From Eledone cirrhosa (taxonomy: Eukaryota), in contig OZ024747.1 in assembly GCA_964016885.1 (NCBI GenBank), positions 34,596,001 through 34,660,000 on the forward strand: DNA of 64,000 bases, given 5' to 3'. Under the pieces are notes generated by a model. The model was not told where the DNA came from. It made no database searches and saw nothing but the letters and a program-made list of their open reading frames with translations. Shown here piece by piece: positions 10,445-24,846 of the stretch. The position numbers and the translations under genes were made by a program. Positions within the stretch are counted from its first letter, which is position 1. Each line of letters starts with the position of its first letter.

Positions 10445-12600
10445 ATGAATGACAAAAAACAACAGGAAAAGAGACAAGAAAACTTACAAAAATATCCCGA
10501 CAAAATTGACAATATTCATATGGCAGATGTCATATTACCTACAAAGTTTACCAAGGACCAGACACTAAACATCTATGGTAACACTATAACCAACGAACAA
10601 GAACAATATATTCTACAACTACCACCAAAATCCCCAATAAATAACAAGGTAAACCCAATATGATGCTAGACGGAAATTGAAACGTCCTTCTCTAAAATTC
10701 ATTGGAACGCGAATATAAATAATAACAACAATATGAATGACAGTAATAATGATTTCTTTATTTATTTTTTATTTTATTTATTATTTATTTATTTATAACA
10801 ACGAATGTGATAACATAAACAGTAATTTCGGCCCTAGAAATAACTGCTATAATGATAATTGTTATAACAAAAACAATAAGAAATAATAATAATAGAAATA
10901 GCAGGATGACAACAACGATAAATACATACAGAACAATAACTAACTCTAATAACAGCAATAAACGTTACAATACATGTAACAACCACAATAATAGAAATAG
11001 CAGTAACAACAATGTTAACAATACAGACAACAACAATAACAGAAATAACACTAGCAACGTTAACAACAATACATGTAACAACCATAATAGAAATAACACT
11101 AGCAACGTTAACAACAATACATGTAACAACCATAACAGAAATAACACTAACAACGTTAACAACAATACATGTAACAACCATAAAAGAAATAACACTAGCT
11201 ACGTTAACAACAATACATGTAACAACCATAACAGAAATAACACTAACAACGTTAACAACAATACATGTAACAACCATAACAGAAATAACAGTAACAACGT
11301 TAACAACAATACATGTAACAACCATAACAGAAATAACAGTAACAACGTTAACAACAATACATGTAACAACCATAACAGAAATAACACTAACAACGTTAAC
11401 AACAATACATGTAACAACAATAACAGAAATAACACTAACAACGTTAACAACAATACATGTAACAACCATAACAGAAATAACACTAACAACGTTAACAACA
11501 ATACATGTAACAACCATAACAGAAATAACACTAACAACGTTAACAACAATACATGTGACAACCATAACAGAAATAACACTAGCAACGTTAACAACAACCA
11601 TAACTGAAATAACACTAGCAACGTTAGCAAAATACATGTAACAACCATAACATAAATAACACTAACAACGTTACCAACTATACAGGTAACAACCATAACA
11701 GAAATAACATACACCAGAGCATAACAATAACTATTAACTAACCTTCCCAACACCCTAACAATACACAAGCAGTATTAGACACGGAACTCTTGTTAAACAC
11801 TATAAACGAGAGAGCAAAATGTTTCCACACTAAAGATCTCAGCAATGTCCAATAGTGCTAAGTTTAATATTCTGATCGCAGACTTGGTAAGATTGATGAA
11901 GAATGTGTCCCACATGTGCGACCCGACTGAAATGGAAATACACATCCAACGCTCCATCAATCGCATGCAGTTCTCTGGCTACAACCAAAGACAGAATCAG
12001 CGTGTACAAAGGAGCCAGGGAGAAATATAAGACCCTCATAGAAATGGACATGAAAGGTATTTGCACATTGTACAGTACCAAATTATGGAATAATGTAGGG
12101 AAAGCCACTTCATTGGACGACAACCAGAGATACCAGAGTACCATGTTCGTGGAGGGTACCTCTTCAAGGAAATTAGGTAACCAATGTAGAAAAGCCAGGA
12201 ATGACCATAAAATCTCTGATCAGCAAAACATACCCCCTTAAGAAAAGAATGAATCCTCACATAAATTGTAAAACTAGAAATGTAGTCGTTAGCATATGAT
12301 GTACAGGGGGCACTTGTACAAACATGATAACGACTTACATAGGTAAGAGAGCATAGCGGAGAGGATATACCAACACTGGGCGGAACTAAAAAGATAACAA
12401 GACGGACGGTTCGGTACTATACGAACACGCCAGACAAAGACATGGTGGTAATATAGACAACACAGAAATTAAAATAATATCTAAACATAGAAATAACTCA
12501 ACGGGTAGACAAATGAGAGAAGCAACTGAAATAGAAATAAGAAAATTAAAGTTGAACAGAAAAAAATGAATGGAATAACAACAACAACCATACACAAACA
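10445..12600 (+). mobile_element. Highly decayed Penelope-like element (possibly Neptune-type); RT core absent
   Basis: N-terminal-like ILQLPPK...EIETSFSKIHW; C-terminal AMSNSAKFNILIADLVRLMKNVS...MQFSGY, TMFVEGT and CKTRNVV; GIY-YIG remnants YIG and LYEHARQRHGG...RQMREATEI. Many stops and frameshifts. Confidence 0.65.
10960..11710. repeat. 48-bp minisatellite, ~14-15 copies
   Basis: Unit AACGTTAACAACAATACATGTAACAACCATAACAGAAATAACACTA(A/G)C, corresponding to a 16-codon period. Confidence 0.95.
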
Positions 12601-12735
12601 CACAGTACTGACCTAAGGTAAATATAAATAAATAAATAAATAAAATACAAATGGAGTAGACATTACCACATAACGGGAGGAAACATATTAATACCACCGA
12701 TGATGTCGCAAGTGTGTGACGAACGAAATTTGATA

Positions 12736-12827
<92 letters not shown>

Positions 12828-12921
12828 GTGTGTGTGATGGTAGCTAAGAAACTTCCATAGTCGGTATGCCGGTTGAGCACTCTCTACTCTTACAGAGCAG
12901 TGTATGATAGAATAGAATACG

Positions 12922-13199
12922 AAAAATCAGTGATGCATCTGAAATGAATGTATTGTGTTACAATTGTTTCGCGGGCGGACAGATCGAGACGCGATCATTG
13001 TCTGGATCTGTTTGATTCTGGACCCGAAGGTTCTACGGACACGTCTAATGATTTCGGAGAATATTCTCCGAATATGCTCCAAAATCATATGCGGGTCCAG
13101 AATCAGACAGATCCACACAATGATCCCGTCTCGAGCTGTCCGCCGGCGAAACAATTGTAACACACAATAAATTGAGTTCAGATGCATCACTGAGTTTTT
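12922..13199. repeat. Imperfect fold-back element (~105 bp arms) with inner 20-bp palindrome
   Basis: TCAGTGATGCATCTGAA...CTGGACCCG pairs with CGGGTCCAG...TTCAGATGCATCACTGA; inner palindrome TTCGGAGAATATTCTCCGAA at 13053-13072. Confidence 0.85.
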
Positions 13200-13226
13200 T
13201 GTTTTCTATTCTCTATATATATATAA

Positions 13227-13317
<91 letters not shown>

Positions 13318-14448
13318 GGGGGGGGGTCGTGTGCGGGTGTGTATTTTTAACCATTGGTCAATCAATGATAAAAATTGATTGCCAGATAAATTAACTATGG
13401 AGATATAAAAGATAAAGGAGCGCAAACCAATACAAACCAAACAGTGAATGTGTGTTATTATTATTATTTCTGGCAATATTATAACAATATGACCCTCCCG
13501 AAATATAACACTATATATATTGGTGTATATGTTATTTTCGTAATGCGTGTTTCTGTGCGTGTGCATACATGCCTCTGAGTATATCTATCAGTACTCTATG
13601 AAATAAATGTGTTATGTCTGGGCGTTATCCTTATTCTACAACACATGTCTTGAAAGAGCCAACGTTTGCCGCGAAATTAAACCAGTTTAACCAATAATAA
13701 GATTTGTGAGCGTATTTGAACGAATCTCACGTATGGTTGGTATTTACTCATACAACAAGCACTTTACACCTGACCGAAACAGAAAGCAACATTATCACTT
13801 ATCACACACTAAAGCCATTTCTCTTACTAGTTCAAGCCCCCTCTCTCACCATTTAAGCAGATAAACACACATGCATAAATACACACATACATACATACAT
13901 ACACGCACACACACACACAGATATGTATATATATATAAAATATACATACGCGTGCATGCATGTAAATATGTACGTATGTTTATATAAATGTGTGCGTGTA
14001 TGTGTGTATATATGTATGTTTATATATGTGTGTTTATGTTACCATGTATGTGTGTATGTGTGCATTTGCTTCTGTGTATAGATATATATTGACAGTCATG
14101 TACTGATTGCAATATTGTGAAGCTGTGAAGAAGTGTATACTTGTCGAAATAAAAACTGTATACATCAATTCATTTTGGGAAATGACCACACGTATGTTAC
14201 AAGCATACACCTCGTTCAATTGCTCTGATGCGATGAAAGTCATTATTCGTGTTAGCATCAAAGCCAAACTTCTATGTTCTACAAAATTAACACTTGAGTA
14301 AGTTTCACGCTTCCTTGACTACTTGACATTTCTAAACTAAATGAGTTCAATGATTTAATGTACTTCTCTTTCAACAACCGACTTGTCATTGACTTATAGG
14401 CTTATATATATAGTAACACATATTATAAACGCAGTTACACACGCATAC

Positions 14449-14523
<75 letters not shown>

Positions 14524-14576
14524 TATATACTTACATATATACACACACAGATGTATATAATATATATAATATATAT

Positions 14577-14628
<52 letters not shown>

Positions 14629-15230
14629 GAATTCCTTTAATCAACACATATTGCAGCTGCCCATTTTCATATCGATTATATGTTTCCTATTATCAGTGAC
14701 CTTAGTTATTTAATTGGTATTCTAGCTGGGGTATCTAAAGAAATTTCATAGATGAAATAACAACTTTTTAGAAGAACGGACATTTAAGATATCTTGATAT
14801 GGCAATGTTTATTGATAATCTTATTAGAATATTTGTTTGTTTCTTTCTTTTTCGTCTTGCCAAACAAATAATTAATTCTGACCTTCGCTGTGTAATAAAC
14901 AGCGTCAGACTTTAAAGGCTTGTCACATTAAGCTTACTTGGATCTGTGCAGTGCATCAAGAAGATTTAAGAAAACAATTTAATCGAGACAAAACCATTAT
15001 ATATTGGCCACGTAATGCCGCCAACTCTCTTCAGCTTGTCCAACATTCCCCCGCCTCAACATTTCACGTACTATGCGATCCACCTTCTACTTTCCTCTCA
15101 GATACATCCATCTATCTCTAATTTTAATTTTTTCCAATTATTTGTCCGTCAGACATCGATTACTCCCTAGATCGTTTACTCCGGAGATCGTTTGATAGAC
15201 TAAAAAACAATATTACATATGTTTATAATT

Positions 15231-15408
15231 GTTTCTACGTTAGGCACAAGGCCAGCAATTACCAGTGCATTACTGGTACTTTATTTTATCGACCCCGTAA
15301 GCATGAAAGGCAAAGTTAACCTTGGCGGGATTTGAACTCAGAATGGCAAGGGCCGTAACTCCATACGTCAAAGCACGGCGTCCGACCACCTACCAATACT
15401 GCCAATTC
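15231..15408 (-). mobile_element. tRNA-derived SINE copy
   Basis: Reverse complement of the 49431-49614 family sequence. Confidence 0.88.
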
Positions 15409-15864
15409 ATGTATATAATAGTAGTAATTTAATGCATATGGACATTTTAGGAGTATTAACTACGTTATAGTATTCCTCTTAAAATGAACCTTGCTCACAT
15501 ACGAGAAACAAACACAACAGAAAAAATGTTGATTTCATAAATGATATGTAAACAGGACAATTCTGGAATGTAGGAATAATGGAACGATAATTGCTATATA
15601 ATAACTTTTACTAAAAAAAATCAATGTGTCTTAAATATTTCTTATCTTCAATTTAAGAAGAAAGTATTTTGAAAGAATGTTGGATATGAATGAAATGGCA
15701 ATATGGTATAGAACTAAGCCTTATGGTTTCTAATCATGACATAAATTGAAATAATGTGTCCGCAGGTTGGCAACGTTCTCTAACATTCGTGATGCCAATA
15801 TTTTTTAGGCTGTTAGCCACAGTATCTATTGAACCAACATACCCCCCCCCACACACACACACAG

Positions 15865-15920
<56 letters not shown>

Positions 15921-18900
15921 AGAGAGAGTGTGTTGGTGTTGGTCTTTGTGAGTGTGGAAGTGTGTGTATGGATGTATGTATTTATGAAAGAAAACAATCA
16001 AATGCAATGAATAAATAAATATATACATCAAGTAAAATCGAATAAATCCACACATTACAGGCAAGGAGAAGAAAACAATAATTGAAGTAAATAATAAAAA
16101 TATGGAGATGAGAAAACTATAAGGAGGATGTGAAAGGAAATATACAGAACAATGCAAAATGGAAAATTGCTTTAGTCTGCTAAAGAAAAGTATTTCCTTC
16201 AAACTATTTATAATCTTCATTCTATTAGCGAATATCATTGATTTTGAATTATTTCATTTACAGAGAGTGCAACAGTGATGGGTTAGGGACGTTGCGACGG
16301 TAGATATTGAAAAAGAAATGCAGAAAGGATTGCTGTGTTGTAAAAATAAAAGAGTGAAAGAGAGAGAAAGAGAGAGAGACTGTGTATGTTTTGGTGGGTC
16401 TATGTCTGTGTGCGTGTGTGTATGTGCTTTGTTTCTGCATATCAGTGTCACTGTGTGTCTCCGTGTTTTCGTGGGTGCTTTTGAAAGATAAACGAATTTA
16501 AAAAGAGAGACAATCTATAAGGAGAGAGATATATGCAGAGAGAAGGAAAGAGGCCGCGAGGAGGATTACAAATACGGATTAAGGAGAAAGAGTTAGCCAA
16601 GAGAAAAATTGAGTGAAATATATTTGAATAGATAATGAAAAAAGTGACAGAAATGTGAATGATAGGAAAGGGGATATACAGAGTAGAGGGATATATAAGG
16701 CAAATAACATGAAAAGCAGTGCATAAAATTGAATGAAAGGGGAACAGAAAAGACAAGATTGTGTGATAGTTTATGTGATGTTTGAAGAGAGACGTGGGCG
16801 AGTTAATATGAAGACAGAAAGTAATAAATAGAAACGGAAAATAAAAGAGAAAAATAGAAGGAAATATAAAGAAATATTAAAGAACTTAGTTTATATAAAT
16901 GTTGATTGAATTTTCCATTTTAGTTGAGTTATATCAATTGAAATATGTTGAAATGGCCTGCCAACTTTAAAAGGTAAAATCAAAAATAAAAGTAATAATA
17001 AGAAAACAAAAGAAAATATGGCTACAAAAAAGAATATTATGAAAAATCTTCTTTGAGAAGAAAATATTGTAGAACATGAAAGGTAAAATAAAAGAAAGCT
17101 GAAAAGTGAAATTGAAAATTTGTCATGAAGCGTCTTTTTTATTTCCTGTGGCTATTTGAGATTTTTAAAAATACTGGTTATCTAAGTTACATTATTTTTA
17201 CATTTGGTTAAAATATCTTTCTTTTTAAAGATATCAAATTGAGCCTGTTCAATTCACATGCCTCTGTATAATTTCCAGGTGTTGACATCTGTAAATAGTA
17301 TCAGCAATTGGAAAGAGCAATGGAAATATTGTTTCCTTGGTCCGATCTGACGAGTTCCACCTCACTCGGTAAACGAATGATGTTTGGCATCATGTCGATT
17401 CGGCTAAAGTAAAACCTGAGGAAGAATTCTATCATTTTTTATACTTCACAATTGTTTAAGTATTTCGATATTCATTTTTGTATATACGCACAGATATGCA
17501 TTAATCAAAATCATGTTGGTACCTGATTGTTTTATTAGTTTACATAGACGCTCGCCTTAAATATACGAAAATACACAACTGAACTTTCCTTAAATGGCGA
17601 AAATTGTACTTTTCCCACAAATATCTCAGTTTCAGCTCAGTTTAATCTCTTGGGTTCTGGTTTCCCCATTTTGCGAGTAAAGTAGACGAAAGCCACGTTA
17701 ATGGAGCGTTTATACTTGAATTATTATTCGCTGATAATGTTTTGTTTACGTGGTTTTGCGTGTCGAAAGTCTTTCTAAGATACGAGTCGGCATTATGTTA
17801 CGCAGAGCTGCTGGTTAAAGAACTAATTGCAAATCAACGTATGCTACAATAGCCTTTTTTACTCTAATATTATCGGAACGCAAATATCACGAAACACCCA
17901 ATGAATGTGCAGCAAAATATCAAGGGTATCTAACGATTAGAAATATATATACTAAAAGAAAATGTATTTACATCTCATCAACAAGCCAACCAAAATGACA
18001 TTGCAAAATATGGCTAGCCACTCTTTGGTTCGTAGATAACTGTAGAATAGGCAGACCGTAAGTTAATACTTCTATCATGTTAATCTAGAATAAATTTATA
18101 ATGGGAAAAACAAATCGATCTCGTTCATTTTATATTAGAAATAAATATAATATCCAAGGTAAAAAGCTTGTCCCGGAAAATACACGTATGCATATGCTTA
18201 ATCCGAAAGCGCTTTTGATATATAATGGCGAAATATTTCGCTTTTGAATTTAATTTGTTTCAACGTGACGTCTCGTAACATGTTGATTAAGCAATATAAC
18301 TGAGTCCACTGTTTTCTTTATTGTCATGATTAGCTGTCAATTCCATACCTACCTGAACAAAGCATTCAATTAATGTTCACTGTGTTTATCTTATATGTGT
18401 TAAGTAAATGGTTATTGTTCTAAATGTTATAATTTTACAACATTGTTCTTAGTTTGAAATATGTGAGACAAATTTTAATGTTATATTTTAAGAAATGTCT
18501 GTGGATATCTGTGAAGAGGAATCTTCTATAGCCTCGATAATGCTTTGCAATTCATTTTCAGAATAAGGATGTCCATACATAGCTCTGAGACAAAAACACA
18601 TATGAAACGTTATTTCAAGAGCCATGATATAGTTCTGTAATTTATCTCTAGTCATGGATCATTATATGGGCCTTCATTTTCTGATGGATTCGTGAAGCTG
18701 TCTATAATGTGCAGGCAATTCCCTCTGGTAAATAAAAAAAAAGAACGATAGAGATGTCATATGATATAGATATAGCGGAAGACCTTAATTCCTGTACTGG
18801 AATGGTACTTCAGTTACCACTTTTGAATCGATGAAAACTAAAGATGACTTCCGCAGGATTTGAAAATCTATTCGACATTTTAATAAATTTGTCAATTTGC

Positions 18901-20229
18901 TGACTGACTTGCTATTACAGGATAGGTCACTGTATAATGACAATATAACGTGTTTCCTGTATAAAGATATATTTCTTTCATCCGCCAACGTTATTCTGAT
19001 AAATATGCAGATTTCCGTTATCCACCAAAACTGCTTAATAACGATTCTATGTTGTTTAGAAGAACAGCGCTAGAAAATGCTAATAACAAACATAATATGA
19101 ATTAAAAATATAAGCATATCTGCTTGTCGGAAGTAGGTAATTTTGTTTATCTCTGAGACATGTGTCTTCAGCGCATGAAACTTGTTTAGGCACTTGTTTG
19201 ATAAATGTTTTTGGTTACAGAAGCTCAATAAATTCAGAAAAATATAATCTAATATAGATGTATTCAGATATTTGGATAGAAAAACGTTTATTTTTTCCTT
19301 AGTTTTTCAGTATATATTTTCATGGAAGCTTATTTCTAAATCGTATGATACACTTTGTTGATATTAACAATAATAACTATGTTAAATCTATTCTTTAGAT
19401 AAACACTTTCTGCAGTTATGGGATTTTTTGTAATTTTCATCTGCTATCCTTTTAACTTTCCATCTCTATGATATAAGGTTTGCTTTCTCTTCCTTCTTAC
19501 TATAGCTTTGTTCAACAAATGTTTTTTTGTTTTGAAAATGAGAAAATAGAAGTGAGGAATTCTTATATTTCCAAGATTATTAGCGTCAGAATAAACATTA
19601 AAGAAATTTAGTAAAGAAATGCAACTGCGTTTTCAGTCTCCATCTATATGAAGATTAACCAGTTGCTTTATCCTGCTCACTGCAACTGAGAGAGAAAACG
19701 GTGGAATCCTGAAATGACTATTTTGACGCAATAAATAATTTTATTCCTTACTAAATTCAAGCATTAAATCTTATCTGCGTTACAGCCTGCTAACACCACA
19801 ATCTATTGCTGTTTATCCAGCTTTCTTTTTATTTGTACTATCAATTTAAAAGTTGTTCATTTGTATCTACCTTATTTACTTGGACATTGCCTTGTTGCTC
19901 ACGCATTATACCAACATAAATGTTTATTTCCTGTTCCATGAACTGGCATAAAAATGCGGCCAATTCAATTAATTCGTGTCAAACTAGAAACTTGTTTAAA
20001 TCTCGACTCTTATTTTTATCGAAATCTTCATTTGCATAACTTTCTTATTTATAACTTCTACATGCTAACACACTTCTCCTCCTCTCCAAATCTTTTCTAT
20101 GTTTTATCTGCCAGTAACCTACCCCACAATTTTATTTTTCTCTTTACCGACCACTGCCCACTCATTTCTGTCCTTTCTACCCGACTTGCTGTCATTGGCG
20201 GTATTGGGTTGTTTTAACAGCTATTTTGG

Positions 20230-21260
20230 CGTTCGAGCTTTAGAATTATTTCTCTGAATTTCAAATGCACTTTGGATCAAATAAAGTGGTGGGTCAAGAA
20301 AAGACCGAGACTGGGTGTCTGGCATCTAAAATGTTCAATACTCTCCAACAGGCGGGAAATGTGGTCAGTGGAAATTACACTCTGTGGAGGGTTGTTGGTG
20401 AGAAAGTGCGACGACGCACATGGAGAGTTCCTGGGCGTCGACGAAATCGAACTGACCATTTTGTTCCGGAGGACGTTTGAAGCGGGGACTATGGATAACT
20501 TCCAAAAGTCCCTCGCTTGGCAGTGCTACCGGGGGAAACTGCCACTTTAAGATAAACTCTACAGGCACAAAAGTGCTGTCAGCCGGACATGCCTCAGATG
20601 CCTGCAGAGCGATGAACTCGTCCTGCACGCATTCGTCCAGTGTCTTTGCATTACTGAGTTGTGAATATATGTCGAAAAGCTGTTGTCCCGTGTAGGATAG
20701 ATCCGGCTATCGATCGAGTCCATAGTGAAGGTCACCCCACCACCTTCTTTTGGCAGGGAAGGGCAGATAGTTTTCCTCTGTCTGATAGCGAAAGAGCTTG
20801 TGTGGCGGACCCAGTTGTAAGGGCTGTGATCAGACACTTTTCTCTTCGGCCGATCCCTCATCAACTTTTTCAAATTTTACTTGGAAAGAAAGGTTAGGGT
20901 GGAGAGAAAATTGCTATCCCCAGTACATTTGCTGAAAGGTGGGTGAATTTTGTGAGAAAGGTCCGTGTGAGTGAGCATAGTCTGATCATGCGCCTATAGT
21001 CTGGTTAATTTAAGGAGGAAAGCGGTACCTGTCCCGAGTGCCCTCTAAGTGTCAGGTGGTTTAGGATTGGAGGGGTACTTGAGCCGCACCTGGTTGGTTT
21101 GCCCTCCTATTTGGGAATTTATTTTGTTATATTTCTAGTTTTAATTGTTTTTGTTAATTAGATTTTTACTCGATTTAATAGTAAACTCCACTGATACTGT
21201 TTTTGTATTGTCCCTTATATCTCCACCCTTGTGGCAAATAAATGAAACAATTATTATTAT
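20230..21260 (+). mobile_element. Old 5'-truncated Tx1/L1-like LINE (3' end of ORF2 and 3'UTR)
   Basis: WVKKRPR and MDNFQKSLAWQCYRG are homologous to the 61 kb ORF2; frameshifted; ends CCCTTGTGGCAAATAAATGAAACAATTATTATTAT. Confidence 0.88.
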
Positions 21261-21941
21261 CAATATTGCCATCCACGCTTCGATAATTACCTTTAAAATG
21301 TATATACGTCCAGAAATAGCCGTCAAAACGGCTTGAGCTCTGCCGTCGCGGTCAAACATTTTCCTATATATATTTGTGTGCGCGCGTGTGTGCATGCATA
21401 GTTGTTTGTGCGTATGTAGTTATAACATATATAGGAAGAGAGAGAGAGCGAGAGCGAGAGAGAGAGAGGGAGAGAGACAAAGAGAGAGAGAGAAAGAGAG
21501 AGAGAGAGAAAGATAGAAGAGATACACAAATGGAAGTGACGATATTTTAAGAAAGAGGAGGGTGAATTGAAGTTCATATTATCATCATTACAATACCATT
21601 ATTCTCTCTTCCTCAAACATCTGTTTACAGTCTAATCAGATAATGCATTAGAAGCAATGACCGCTGTTGACGAAACTATTTCAAATCCATGTATGTTACG
21701 AATAGATTTCCCATTAAATATCCTGACATATGCAGTGAAGTATTACATAGATTTAAAATCCATTGAAAATATAATCTTTGTATAAATTATTATAAAAAGA
21801 GCAAATGGCATAAATGCTAACGTGGCTACGTTTGGTAGAGATAATTTATGTTCCTAACAACATTTTTGCCAAAGAGAAATACACATTTCATCGAACCATT
21901 TCTTTGGTTCCAACACATGTATTCAAAACATACTTCTTTGT

Positions 21942-21994
<53 letters not shown>

Positions 21995-22075
21995 TTATTC
22001 CGGGTTGATTCGGAGGTAACCACAGTAAGTAAGGTACTCAATACATAGCAGAGTACAACAGTTTTAATATAAAAG

Positions 22076-22126
22076 AGCTTCTACAGGACTAGAACTGTTT
22101 CATTCGTGAGAAATCATCAGGAAGCT
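22076..22126 (-). ncRNA. Type I hammerhead ribozyme with self-contained stem III
   Basis: Minus strand: AGCTTC-CTGATGA-T-TTC-TCAC-GAA-T-GAA-ACAG-TTCTAGTC-CTGT-A-GAAGCT; 6-bp stem I and GUA triplet. Confidence 0.87.
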
Positions 22127-22409
22127 GGCTGTCCAAGAATATGGTAGTATTTATGTCTTTCCTTATCGGGTGGTAGGAGAGGGTGTGGATTGGGATGGGT
22201 GTAGGGCATTGGTTGAAGGATTTACAGAAAGGGGATTCATTAAAACTTAATCTTTAAAGCTATAATAGTAACAAAGGCAGAAAGAATACTGTAAACAAGT
22301 TCAAAATTGGAATACCAATCCTTGTTTATCTCTTAAAGTAAAAATGCCTGTAAGACAGGTGTCTACAGGATGGGTGGGGTTCAATGATTTAAAGAAAAGG
22401 GAAATTCTT

Positions 22410-23007
22410 TAGAAGTTAATTCTTTAAGGCTGAAATAAGGGTGACAAAGGCAGAAAAGCGTTCAATCAACAGATTTAAGTGTTGGGTGAACCCCTTATAC
22501 TGAAGTTTCTCTTAATATGTATTTCAGGTGTCGACAAACACATCCACACACGCGCCATCTTACACACGTTTACACACTTACACGAACGCACAAACAGGCA
22601 GGCACACACACCGAACATACATAATGGTACATTTCGTGGCTACCAACTCGTTTTCGAGTACGGCCACTACTTTATATCCATGTAGGAGAACCCCTACTGA
22701 AGCGCTGAACGAGTGTGACTTATTAGTCCAGCCAGCGACTTGAAAACTCTGGTACAAACACTACACTTGTGACAATTATTGACACATAGAGCTGGGCCCA
22801 TGGTACCATGTGACGACAAGTGCAGAGAGATCTCCAGATATAAAGCAATGCCTGTGCCGTGAAGCTTTTATAGTGAGCAAAGGCACTGCACAATGCCAGT
22901 CCCACTCTCTTAACCAAGATGATATTTACCAAAAAGAAGAACAAGTCAACATCATTGGTACATATAGACATATACATTGGTACATATAGACATATACATA
23001 CAAATAC

Positions 23008-23099
<92 letters not shown>

Positions 23100-23332
23100 G
23101 TGTATATGTATGCGTATGTATGTACACATATATATGTATATTTGTATGTATGTATGTATTTGTATGTGTGTACGTGTGTAAGTGGGCGCGTGTGTGAATG
23201 TGTTTGTCGACACATGGAATAAATATTAAGAGAAACTTCAGTATAGGGGGTTCAGCCCAACACTTGAATCTGTTGATGGAACCCTTTCTGCCTTTGTCAC
23301 ACTCATTTCAGCCTTAAAGAATTAGCTTCTCA
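22410..23332. repeat. Diverged inverted repeat (22410-22560 versus 23175-23332)
   Basis: GTGACAAAGGCAGAAA..TATACTGAAGTTTCTCTTAATAT..GTGTCGACAAACACAT is matched in reverse at 23185-23300. Confidence 0.8.
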
Positions 23333-23874
23333 AGAATCTCCCTCACGTATATATATATATAAACTATCTAAACTATCTAAGTATTGGACTCTAACCAATA
23401 TTTCAAGTATTACCACCCGACATTTTGTATGTGTGGATGTGTCTGTGTGTCTGTGGAGGTGGGTGTGAGTGTACGTGCATGCCAACCTACATAAGTATTT
23501 TTATTTGTAAATTTTCTACTCTAACCATACATTTCAGTAGAACCACTCCACATAAATTCCTCAATTTAAGGATGACCTGTAGTATCTATTTCATAATATT
23601 AACCTTTATTGAATATATATGTGACCAGGGAATGCCTTTTGTGAAAATCAGTCATATGGAACTATTGTCATCTTGCATGACGGTTTGAACTTTACAACAC
23701 CACCTGCCTCTTTGAGGTAAAATACCAACCCTACTACCATCTACAAACTGACCAATGAGAATCAAGACTATTCCTGCTGACAACATTAAATTATTCCTAA
23801 CAAGCTCATATGTCCCAAGGCTCAGATACCATCAACCCTATAAACACAGAGCTGGCATATATAATAACTGACTA

Positions 23875-23930
23875 ACTGCCTGATGAGGTCATAGCCATTC
23901 AATGGCTATCATCTAAATATATATAGCAGT
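23875..23930 (+). ncRNA. Degenerate hammerhead (GAAA changed to TAAA)
   Basis: ACTGC-CTGATGA-GGTC-ATAGCCATT-C-AATGGCTAT-CATC-TAAA-TATATATA-GCAGT. Confidence 0.6.
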
Positions 23931-23970
23931 AAATAAAGGATTATGAGTTCAGCAATTGACATATGTTTCG

Positions 23971-24011
<41 letters not shown>

Positions 24012-24172
24012 ATAGAATGAAACGAAATTTCATTTCTCACTCTTAGTACAGCACTTACTTAAATGTTCGGTAAACCGATATGTGCCTATATATATGTATG
24101 CATGTATGTATATATATACATACTACCGTACGTCTGTATACATATATGTATGTACGTATACATACATACATA

Positions 24173-24241
<69 letters not shown>

Positions 24242-24464
24242 TTTATATATATGTGTCTGTATGTGTGTTTGTGTGTACTCATATTTATATATCTATGGGT
24301 ATGTGTATGAACTGTGTATGTATATGTATATATATATATGTATATATATATTTATTTATATGTGTGTGTGTATGTATATATGTATATGTGTATATATGTA
24401 TATATATATATAAATATACAAATATACATATATACATATATACATATATACATATATACATATA

Positions 24465-24518
<54 letters not shown>

Positions 24519-24591
24519 CATATACATACACATACCCATACATATATAAATATGAGTACACACAAACACACATACAGACACATATATCCAA

Positions 24592-24641
<50 letters not shown>

Positions 24642-24846
24642 GTACACATACATATACTATATATATATATATATATAGAACAAATATGACCCCGACGGGA
24701 GAGCTTAAGCCGTTTCGACAGCTATTTCTGGACTGCCGTCGGAGCTCTGCCGTCGGGGTCATACTTTTCCTATCTCCCACTCTACTAACCTCAGTATTGA
24801 GTACTCTGGTGCGTTATGGTACATCTGGTTCCTTACTACAATTCCT

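Noticed and set aside
10960-11710. CRISPR-like array or antifreeze/mucin gene
   Set aside because: The units are contiguous with no unique spacers, the context is eukaryotic, and no signal peptide or exon structure is visible.
12696-12735. Hammerhead-like CCGATGA-TGTCGC..GTGAC-GAAC at the end of the decayed PLE
   Set aside because: Two core mismatches and no stem I; probably a relic but not supportable.
17200-19900. Non-repetitive stretch with AG acceptor-like sites (e.g. minus strand near 18585 and 18725)
   Set aside because: Only short open frames, no recognisable domain and no consistent exon chain.
24684-24762. GC hairpin with hammerhead-like minus strand (AGCT-CCGAC..GAAAC..TTA-AGCT); related to 21305-21355
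   Set aside because: The core lacks CUGANGA, so it is noted only as a short inverted repeat.
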